NCBI GenBank assembly: GCA_016748015.1
Contig: JAAOMT010000786.1
Span: forward strand, 255,903 to 319,902
Reading direction: 5' to 3'
DNA length: 64,000 nt
Source: Geosiphon pyriformis uo1
Lineage: Eukaryota > Fungi > Glomeromycota
Positions 27,001 through 37,434 of this stretch are shown here, piece by piece (the stretch's first letter is position 1; every line of letters begins with the position of its first letter). The notes under the pieces were generated by a model. The model did no database searches and was not told where the DNA came from. It saw nothing but the letters and a program-made list of their open reading frames with translations. The position numbers and the translations under genes were made by a program.

Positions 27001-28860
27001 TTAGTTGTCAAAATTTTTAAGCTACTAAGGCCCAAAGCTGGAACAACAGAGAGAGGTACAGGCATTACTACAGAATTATCTAAAACTATATCCAAGTTCG
27101 AATCTAAATTGACATTTATCAGAGCAACTAAATGACCAGAAGAAGGAAGAGGGGCCAAAGACACTAATTTCATGCTGCCAAGTTTATGCAAAATGCCAGA
27201 AACCTGATCACCCAAGAGCTCTAAGGAACGTTCCAAAGAGGCCAAACAAGCATTCAAAGAAAAATTATTGGTCAAAACAAAAGGAGAACTATCACCCAAA
27301 CCTGAAATACCAAAAAAAAAAGAACCAGAACCAGACTCAAACAGTAGACCACCAGAAAAAGATGCAGAAAAGACTACTTGAGCTCATGACTTGTCACTGA
27401 AAGTAGCAGGGTAAAAAATAAGAACATTTTTCTTAACATATAATCTGACCAACTGAAGACAATTCACATCAAAAGCATTTTTTATAAAGTTTTTTCTAGA
27501 AAGAGCAGACACAAGAGTGTCAGAAGCATTATATTCCAAAGCTAAGTGTTTAAACTTCTCACACTTTTCACACTAAACCAAGTCCAATCTAGCCCAAAAA
27601 AATCTCATACCACCAAAAATTGGCTCAGTGTAGAATGCAGACTCAAGCTCATTTTCAGATTTAAAACCAATAATAATGCAGTGAGTCTGGTTGCCAGTCT
27701 CCAGAGAACAATTGATTACACAAGTTTTTTCACTAGCTTTTTCCAAAAGAGTACTAAGATCATGTGCAGTCATTCTCACTGGCAAAGTAAACAAAAGTGT
27801 CTTAAAGCAATCTCTAGACATCCAAGTATTCTGATTTCTTATGGCCATAGTCACATGCACTGAGTTTTTCCCAATAAGGAATGATTATCTTGATGCCAAT
27901 TGTTTTGTTTGCTCCAATTTAGCGAATTTTACCATAGTCTTCTGCCACATTCCAATCAGCTGAATCTTGATTGACTTAATATTACCAAACTCAGATACTG
28001 TGGCAATGATCATTTTCTTTGGCATATTCATGAGAATTTCTTTTATTACTATGGCCCAATCTGAATGGATTTTTTGTTTTTTAAGATCACTGTTTATGGT
28101 GATCTCTTTTTTCCTGGCCAATAATATGGCCTTTTTCATGCTTTCCTCTAATGTAAATGTAGATCTGATGATCTCTTTAAACTTTAAAAGAGTAGTGGCT
28201 CCCCCAAAACCATTGATTGTTGAGAAAATTTTTCTAATGAGTTGAGTTTTCACCATTGCTGATTTTTTTTCCACAGCTGAGAGATTAATGTCCAATGCAA
28301 ATGACTTTTTGACAGGTATTTTCACTTGTACTTTGGTAATTTTAGGGTCAATCCACTTCTTTTTCAGAGAGAAATTAACATGAAGGGGAAGGATAATTTC
28401 AATATCATTCATAACAAAGTTGGAAGAACCAAAATCAACACTAGTATTGAATTGCTTTGCTTTAAGAGTGGTAGTAGCTGAACCCAAAAGAGATTTACTA
28501 CCAATGCTGGCCATGTCTACATTCTCATTATTACCAGACAAGCTGTCTACATTAGAATAAATACTATCACTGGACCCTAATTTAACCAGAAATACATTCT
28601 TCTCATCACCAGAATGCTTAATATTCCTTAGAGTTACTTTTTTTTTCTGAAAGAAAAAACCTTTAGCCAGACCATGAAAAGCACTCTTGAGTGCTTTTTT
28701 CTTAATCATATTGCTACCAGAGGCAGTCTCCAAGCTTATCACAAACGAGTTATTAGGTAAAAAAATGTTGAGATAACTAACAAGAAAAAATAAAATAAAA
28801 AAACTTCTTTTTCAAAAAAGTGCTCTTTGGAGTTTTTTGAATAGAAGAGAGAAAAAAAAA
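18085..28860 (-). mobile_element. LINE copy 2, full length, strongly decayed, interrupted by gypsy element D
   Basis: Poly-T at 18085-18092 followed by the reverse 3' UTR. Minus-strand RNase H, RT (FVDDTIW) and APE fragments. ORF1 at 26883-28742. 5' UTR motif near 28800-28850. Confidence 0.93.
22675..26660 (-). mobile_element. Internally deleted gypsy element D (family-C relative): LTR-PBS-gag-[deletion]-ORF3 tip-PPT-LTR
   Basis: Direct repeats 22675-23492 and 25844-26660 (818/817 bp). TSD CCAC/TCAC. PBS TTTGGTGAACCCTATGAG at 25826-25843. gag is homologous to 45145-46560. No PR, RT or INT. Confidence 0.93.
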
Positions 28861-29111
28861 GTTTTTTTTTTTATTAAATCTTTTTTGCATAATTTTAATC
28901 ATAATTTTTATAATATATGTTGTAATTTCTGTATCAAAAAATATAAAAATCTGTTAATAATATTAAATTAATTAATAATTTTTAAAAAAATAAAAATTAA
29001 TATTTTATTAATAGTTATAATTAAAAATTATTAATTTAAGTAATAATTTTAAAAATATTATACAATTTATATTTGGTTTTGATTAAAAGTAAAAAATAAA
29101 GTTTTTAATAA

Positions 29112-29766
29112 TGTTACAGTTGAAACACATAGTTTTTATTAATTATCACATGTATTAGCCACTGATGTTATATAATTAGCCATCTTATTTTTAGATAGTG
29201 ATCATTGACCTGATCAATAACCTAATCGTTGATCTGATCATTGACCACTTTAGATAGTTATATAAGCGATGATTCCCTTAGCTGTAGAAAGACATGATAA
29301 AAGTAACGAAATAAAACAATATCAATTACTTCCTCTTATAATCGCTTATTTCCCTTTTCTTACTTTCAAGTATCTACTTGTTAGCATTCACATACCTTAT
29401 CTTTTCCCTTTCTTGATTTGTATTTGTTAGAATTAGTCTGAGAAGCAATTGGCTTGCTCTTGTAATTTATTGAATAAAGAAACAATTGAAAAGCACAATG
29501 ATATCTGTTATTGATTCTAAAAATTGCTGAGTTGAGGCATAGAATAATAGCAGTGGTGTTATCTTGTTGACAATCATAGACTATTTCTCTACCTTCAGAT
29601 TTAAGAAAAGATTAGCGACTGTGATTTTTATGAGACTGATCATGCACATTGAATTCCTACTTATTCAATTTGCTCCCTTATTGTAATTATTTCTTTGTTT
29701 ATTTCCATCACCATACAATACTGTTCTCCCTTGCTATCCATTAGCTTGTTACTCCAACCCGTAACA
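29112..29766 (+). repeat. B 5' LTR (655 bp)
   Basis: TGTTACAG...CCGTAACA; direct repeat of 36100-36838. Confidence 0.93.
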
Positions 29767-29818
29767 TAAAAGTGGTGCTCCCTGTGAGGTTGTCAAAATT
29801 CACTTACTCCCTCATTGT

Positions 29819-31372
29819 ATGGGTGATTACTCATATTTGCCATAGCAATCAGAAGAACACTTTGCAGTACACAACAGAAACGACCAAAGTTTCATTGAAC
29901 TTAACCCTCTGCCCTCCTGCTTGATCTGCTTTTCCCTTGAAAAACAATCCAGTAGACAATTCTAAAACTTTTGGAACTGGTTCCTGAATGAGCATTCAGC
30001 TGAAACCTACACAGCTTATACAACCTATTACTTTGACCAAGCTTATTTTGAAAACAACTTTGAAGAAAAAAACAACAGTATCAATCAGCTCTTATATTCT
30101 GCAACCTTTGAACAACAGCCTTCTGATTTTGAATATCTGAATCATCAAATCCACATTTGGATTGCTGCCTATCAAGCAACTGAAACTCCCTTTGAAACAG
30201 AAGAAGAAAGCTACCAAACTGCCCCTGTTTTTGATCTTTTATCAAACAAATCAGACTCGTTTACACAAACAGTTACCCCTGAACCAATGGCTAATGACCC
30301 CATGCAAGCAAACATTCTGGCCGCCCTCCAAGGTATACAAACTGCTCTAGGGCGAAGAAACAACACCCCAATACCATTATTTAGAGGTGATGCACAAGAT
30401 CCAATTGAATGGTTGAATGACTTTAAAAGAGCCGTTACAGCCAATCAATATGACAATGAGTACAAGTTTCTAATTGTCAATGGCTACCTTCAAGGATCCT
30501 CTACTATCTGGTTCTCACAAGAAACAGATGCCAATGCCCAGCAAAAAATCATTAGATAGACACCAGCAAATGTGTGAGAAATCAACACTTTTTTCACTAC
30601 CCGGTTTGAAAACAAGTTCAGAACCCCAATATTAATATCAAAATGGCATATGGAATTGGAAAGAAGAACCCAAGGTCCCGGTGAAGTTGTAACTGAATAC
30701 ACCAAAGCAATCAAAAAGTTAATCAAATGAGTAGACACTAGAAGAAATTGAACAGAAGAGCAGAAAATTCACTCCTTCACAAAAGGATTAAGAACTGATT
30801 TATTGTATGTTCTTTGGCCCCTCCTGGCCCTGAAAAATAATCTCACCATGGATATGGCCATTAAATTAGCACAAAGAATTGAAGATAACCAAAGGATGCA
30901 CTTGGGATCCACACTACCAGTTTTTGCTTCTGTTCCTGTCATGGCTCCTGCCTTTCAAATGGCTACTACTTCTTTTGCCACTCACACTCAAGATCCAAAT
31001 GAACAGTTAATAGACAGACTTACAGCAAATCTTGCCCAGTTATTAGAACCCTTAGCCCAAGCAGTCAGAGAAAATCAGCAACCACAAAGACCCAGATTTG
31101 AACCACACTTCAATTAGCCCCAGCAACCACTTTATCAAAGACAACAAAATCGTGGCCCACCTGTATGCTATCGCTGTGGATTAACTGGACACTTTTCAAG
31201 AGATTGCAACAATCCTCCTCTGCCTCCACCAGTCCTCAGAAACAATGATGCTCAGAACAACAGGATCAACAATAACAATGTGCCCAACCAAAGACCCAAT
31301 CATGCCAACATCAATTTCTTTGGAGAAGATCCCCTAGTTAAAGCCACTGTTTATCAGCCTTTAAACTGGTAG
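29819..31372 (+). pseudogene. B gag (N-terminal extension, capsid, CYRCGLTGHFSRDC knuckle)
   Basis: One frame from ATG 29819 to TAG 31370-31372, with scattered transition stops. Confidence 0.85.
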
Positions 31373-34053
31373 GTGCACCTTCAAAGAGTGAGAGTGCAAG
31401 CCAACCAGAAAAAAACCCCTTTTACACTTTTAACTTAATTGATAATGACCATGACATGGATGAATTAGCAATCAACCCCTCTGAATCCACAAGAAAGAAG
31501 AAGAAAGCCAAATTTGATTTTGTTCTGGACTCCAATAAAGCTTTTACATCAACTGCTGACAACAATGAGCCCCCAAAAGCCAAAGTTTTCAAGAACCCTC
31601 CAAAGTTAGAACTCCCAGAAATAGTACAAAAATCCGGTTCCTATTCTGTTGTCAAAGACCTTATGGAAACCCCAGCACATATAACCTTTGGCCAATTGAT
31701 GACCCATCTACAATTCAGAAAAGATCTTTGCAAATCCCTGATTCCAAAGAAAAAGACACCCAAAACCAATAAACGCTCTCGCCAAGCTGGACTTGCTGAC
31801 AATAGCAATGTCACTCCTCTAATTTGTAAAGCCCAAGTGGCTGGCTACTTCATCAATTTGATCCTAGACAGTGGATCATCTGTTAGTGTTATTGCCAAAC
31901 ACTTTCTTGAAGCAATTGGCAGAAAAATTGATGAACCATCCACACGACCAATGACCAATGTGCATGGTAATAAGAAGAAAGAGCTTGGCATAGCCAAAGC
32001 TATTCCTGTCCGCATCAATGGCATTAGCATTGAAACTGATATGGAAGTGTTTGAAGCAAAAGAATACACCATCATTGTTGGCAATGAATGGCTCAAGAAA
32101 GCAAAGGCTTTGCTTGATTATGAACTCTGTGAACTAACCATCAGATGTGGTAAGAAACCTATTGTGGTTAAGTGTCACCATTGGACAACTCCCCCAGTAC
32201 CCAAGCAGAGCCCAGAAGAAAATAAATCAGATGAATTAGATGATGAAGAAAGTGAGGAAGAAGAAAAACAAGAAGAACAAGAAGAAACTGCTGAACTTGC
32301 TTATACCATCTTCACTAGCAATGGCAAACCACTGGATAATGTCAAAGCAGATAAAAAAGGAATCATTGTCAATGGCAAGCTGATCTGCTGGCCTTATTAT
32401 GACATGCTCATAAGAACCTTTGACAGAAAGCCAGGCAAAAAAGCCAAATACAGTTATTGGTGACATGGTCCTTGTGCTTAGTGCTGGTGCAACAAACCAT
32501 TGTATTCTCCTAGTAATGAATGCATGTCCTGCCTGATCTATTACAAAGATTGGGAACCAATCAGCTTGATACCCTGAGAGGAAATAAAAGAAGTCCAAAA
32601 GTCCTTTGAAAACGAACCACCTGAAATCCAATCATTGGTTGTAGAACAAAGAGAACCCTCTCCAGAAGAAAGAAAAGTAGACATTGAAAATCTGCTGGCT
32701 AGAAACAGCCCAGTTATCTCAAAAGAAGGTGAACCTCCTGGATGTACACATGTGATACAACACACCATCATCACCAGAGAAACTCGCCCCATCCATTTGA
32801 AGCCCTATCAATCCAACTGGCACAATGATGAGTTTATCAAAAAAGAAATAACCTGAATGAAAACTCTTGGATTCATACAGGAAACCAAGAGTGAATGGGC
32901 ATTCCCAGTTGTAGTGGTATCCAAGAAAGGAGGAACCCTATGCTTTTGTGTTGACTATTGCCAATTAAATGCTATTACTGAAAGAGACATGTATCCACTT
33001 CCCAAGATTGATGCAATGCTAGACCAATTCCATGGTGCCACTTTCTTCTCAACCATTGACTTAACTGCTGGATTCTGGCAAGTAGAGATGGATCCAGAAA
33101 GCAGAAAGAAAACTGCTTTCATCACCAAGTATGGTACCTATGAATTCACAGTTATGCCTTTTGGTCTCACAAATGCTCCTCCCATCTTTCAACGCTTAAT
33201 GAACAAAGTATTTGAATCAGTAAAAGAAAACTTTGTTCTAGTCTACTTGGACGACATAATGGTATACTCAAAAACCTGAGATGAACATCTTGAACATTTG
33301 CAAAAGGTTTTTGACCTTCTTAGAAATGCTGGTCTCAAGATCAATCCAATCAAATCATTCTTTGGACGTCAATCCACCCAGTTCCTTGGCCATCTTATTA
33401 CAAAAGATGGAATCTTTCCTGATCCAGCCAAAATTGAAAAAGTTCAAAACATTAGACAACCAATGAATGTTCATGAACTACGCTCTTTTCTTGGTTTGGC
33501 CTCTTATTATTGCAAGTTTGTCAAGGATTTCTTCAAAATTGCTGCTTCTTTCAATCAGCTACTTAGGAAAAACATCAATTATCACTGGGGCACTCATCAA
33601 CAAAAAGCATTTGAAATTCTGAAGGAAAAACTGGTTACAGAACCCATCCTCATGCAACCTAATTTGGATTGATCTTTTATCCTCCACACTGATACATCTG
33701 GCTATGGACTTGGTGCTGTTTTTTCCCAAAAAAATGAAGATAACAGAGAACATGCCGTAGCATATGCCAGTAGAACTCTCACACCAGCAGAAAGGAACTA
33801 CTCAATTACTGAGCAGGAATGCTTAGCAGTAGTTTGGGCTATTAGCTACTAAGACAAATATCTTAAGAGTGTGAAATTTTTGGTGGTAACAGATCACCAA
33901 GCTTTGGTTTGGCTATACAACAAAAGAAACCTGGAACATAAACGGATAACTCGCTGGATACTCCACTTGGACGAATTCGACTATAACATTCAACACCGTA
34001 AAAGAGCTAATCATTAATACACCAACGCTCTCTCTAGACTTACCATCCAGTGA
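31360..34053 (+). pseudogene. B pol (protease, RT, RNase H) in the -1 frame
   Basis: Motifs [36 protein letters not shown]. Confidence 0.9.
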
Positions 34054-34119
34054 TAGTAAAACCCTCTCAAACCAAACCAACTTAATTATTTGTAACTTCC
34101 CCCACAAACAAACACAATA

Positions 34120-35426
34120 ATGGACTTGGACAACTACTCTGCTTTAATGAAATTTTTGGGTAAAGAACAATACCCACCAGACTATACTCGACAGCAAAGA
34201 GAACATTTACGCAAACAATCAAATTTTTATTTGATTCGCCAGAACCAGTTATATAAAAGAAATAGAAAAGATCCTGACTGCCTTCAGAGAGTCATTAGAT
34301 TTGAAGAAAAAGAAATTGTAATCTACAATATGCACACTGATCCATTAGCTGGACATTTTGAAAAAACAAAAACAATTCAGAAAACTTTAGCTCGCTATTA
34401 TTGACCTACCTTGGGAAAAGACATTGCTGAATACATCAAAACCTGTGATACCTGCCAAAGAAGAGGAAAACCCAATCACAAGGAAGATATCTATCCAATC
34501 TCTGTTGGTCAATCATTTGATAGAATTGGTATAGATGTTGTTGGATCTTTAACAGTAACTCCTGAAGACAACAGATACATTATCACAGCTACCAACTATC
34601 TTACAAAGTGAGTAGAAACAAGAGCCATTCCAGATCAAACAGCAGTTTCAATTGCCAATTTCATTTATGAAGATATTATCTGTCACCACGGCTGCCCCAA
34701 AGAACTTTTATTTGATAGAGGAAGAGCTTTTCTTAGTACACTGGTTGAAGAACTTTGCAGAAAAATGGGAATACATCATAAACTCTCTTCTCCTTATCAC
34801 CCCCAAACAAATAGCCTAGTAGAACATTTTAATAGAACACTATGTGAAACCCTAGCCAAAACCAGTAAAGAAACAACCTATGGAACAAAGTATTGCCTTC
34901 AGCTTTGTTTGCTTACAGAACTGTGAATCATGACATAACAAGTTATGAACCCTTTTATCTGCTCTATAGACAAATGGCAACTCTACCAATAGAAATGGAT
35001 ATAGAAACAATACTTTTTGAAGAAATAACAATAGGAGATTACAAAGACATTTTGCAAAGAAAACTTGGTACTATTCTTGACTCATTAGTAGAAGCACGGA
35101 TAATTGCCTTTGAAAAGATAAAACAGTTCCAAGAAAAGCTCAAAAAGAAAAAGACCTATAAAACACTTTCCTTAAGTGTTAGTGACTTAGTTTTGGAATA
35201 CCGTTCAGACAGAGACAATGTCTATGGTGATAAATTTTCTAGCCAGTAGAAAGGACCCTTTTTAGTCAACAAAGTTTTGAACAATGGTTCTTATATCTTA
35301 CAAGATCAATATGAAACAATATTCAGTGATTGCCCTGTTCATGGCACACAACTCAAGAAATATCACAAACAACCTGATTGGTTATCTGTTGTGGTAATAC
35401 CGACCCAAATGATCAGCAAAAATTAG
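34120..35426 (+). pseudogene. B integrase (HHCC-DDE-GPF; no chromodomain)
   Basis: HTDPLAGH...CDTCQR, IGIDVVG, SPYHPQT, GPF. Ends TAG at 35424-35426. Confidence 0.9.
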
Positions 35427-35473
35427 TTATAAATAAATGCACCATTCCCAAAACAGAGGTATCTTCAATTGAC

Positions 35474-36130
35474 ATGAACAATTATTTCTTGGATCAAAAC
35501 ATTCAAAATGCTTTCTATACTCTCCATGAGTATTGGATCAAGAACTATCCAAATGCTATTCTGACTATTGGAAAACAAACCACTATAACAGACAACAGTG
35601 GAACTCACACTGTTATTAGACCAAAGAAAACAACTACCAGAAGAGAAAGAATTGGTGGCAAAATGGATAAATACTTGCTGAAAAACATAACAGCAGCGAT
35701 ACTTTCACCTTTCAGCACAATTGGAAAAACAATACAAGAAATCTTGCTCATAGACAAAAACTTGTCATATGGAAGACAATTAGAACTCTATGGTCATTTT
35801 GGCGAAATCATAGAAGACATGAAGCACATGAAGAAAACAACTTCAGAGATACAAGTGGAAATTTTGGGCATTATACGATTGAATGTCTCAAGAGTTTTGA
35901 CTATTGCTAAAAGAGCCAAAACTCTTATACAAAGATTTGGTCTCTTGGATACAAAGCTTATTTCGCCTCAAGTACTATATACTTTATCCACAAAAGACTT
36001 CAACAAACTAGTTAGTTTTGAGTTAGACAAAACCCTTCACATAGACTATCTCATAAATAATTTGATTTCGCTAAAGCTCAATCTCTTTGGAGAGGATAAT
36101 GTTATGGTTAAAACACATAGTTTTTATTAA
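35474..36130 (+). CDS. B ORF3, uncharacterised protein at the env position
   Basis: Stop-free frame 35378-36130 with first ATG at 35474. No signal peptide or TM segment visible. A homologous tail occurs in D and C. Confidence 0.7.
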   Translation: MNNYFLDQNIQNAFYTLHEYWIKNYPNAILTIGKQTTITDNSGTHTVIRPKKTTTRRERIGGKMDKYLLKNITAAILSPFSTIGKTIQEILLIDKNLSYGRQLELYGHFGEIIEDMKHMKKTTSEIQVEILGIIRLNVSRVLTIAKRAKTLIQRFGLLDTKLISPQVLYTLSTKDFNKLVSFELDKTLHIDYLINNLISLKLNLFGEDNVMVKTHSFY

Positions 36131-36838
36131 TTATCACATGTATTAGCCATTGATGTCATATAATTAGCCACCCTATTTTTAGATAGTGATTGTTGACCTG
36201 ATCAATGACCTGACTGTTGACCTGATCATTGACTTGATCATTGACCTAATCAATGACCTGATCATTGACCTGATTGTTGATCTGATCATTGACCTGATCA
36301 TTGACCTGGTCATTGACCATTTTAGATAGCTATATAAGTGATGATTTCTTTAGCTGTAGAAAGACATGATAAAAGTAACGAAATAAAACAATATCAATTA
36401 CTTTCTCTTATAATCGCTTATTCCCCTTTCCTTACCTTCAAGTATCTACTTGTTGGCATTCACATACCTTATCTTTTCCCTTTTTTGATTTGTATTTGTT
36501 AGAATTAGCCTGAAAAGCAATTGGCTTGCTCTTGTAATTCATTGAATAAAGAAACGATTGAAAAGCACAATGATACCTGTTATTAATTCTAAGAATTGCT
36601 GAGTTGAGGCATAAAATAATAGCAGTGGTGTTATCTTGTTGACAATCACAGACTATTCCTCTACCTTCAGATTTAAGAAAAGATTAGTGACTGTGATTTT
36701 TATGAGACTGATCACGCACATTGAATTCCTACTTATTCAATTTGCTTCCTTATTGTAATTCCTTCTTTGTTTATTTCCATCATCATACAATACTGTTCTC
36801 TCTTGCTATCCATTAGCTTGTTACTCCAACCCGTAATA
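36100..36838 (+). repeat. B 3' LTR (739 bp) with expanded 12-bp TGACCTGATCAT array (~36185-36318)
   Basis: 84 bp longer than the 5' LTR, equal to 7 extra 12-mers. Confidence 0.93.
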
Positions 36839-37145
36839 ATAACAATTTAAAAAATTTTAATTTATAAAAAATAAAGTAAAAATAAATATTAAAATTCAAA
36901 TATAAAAAATAGTTTTTTCTGAATTAAAAAACTATATATACATAAATTTTTAATTTTATAAAATAGTTTTTAAAAGATTGTTTTTTATTATTATTTTTTA
37001 TATTATTTTTTATTACCAGTTATAATTTGTTATAATTTGTTATTTTATGTTATTTTATATTATTAATAATTATTGTTAATTATTTTATTATATAATTACA
37101 TTTTTTTATAATTGGTCGATTTTTTTATTTGAATAATATTAATAA

Positions 37146-37434
37146 TTTTTTTTTATTACGTTTAATGAGCAAGGTCCAAACACTACCTAGAACAATACAT
37201 CAATGAAATGATTTAAACTAGACATGAATCATGCATTTAACCACACGTGACCAGCTATTTGAGCCAATCAAGACAACACTATACAACTATATTAACAAAA
37301 ACCATATCACCAATACCCGAAAAAAATGAACAAGACTTGCAAAAACCAAAAAGGATACCAAAGACTTTAGTAACACCAAGCAATTTAACCACACCAGACA
37401 ACAACCTCGAAACTGAACCAAAAACTGGGATGAG
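37146..37434 (-). mobile_element. 5'-truncated LINE stub (ORF2 C-terminus, 3' UTR, tail)
   Basis: Reverse complement matches the 3' ends at 16700-16950 and 52250-52500. Confidence 0.85.

Larger units (their letters stand above)
29112..36838 (+). mobile_element. Complete gypsy element B: LTR-PBS-gag-(-1 frameshift)-PR-RT-RH-INT-ORF3-PPT-LTR
   Basis: LTRs at 29112-29766 and 36100-36838. TSD ATAA/ATAA. PBS TGGTGCTCCCTGTGAGGTT at 29773-29791. PPT GGAGAGGATAA. Domain order PR-RT-RH-INT. Confidence 0.96.

Noticed and set aside
35474-36130. ORF3 as an envelope gene
   Set aside because: No signal peptide, transmembrane helix or fusion-protein Cys pattern is visible.
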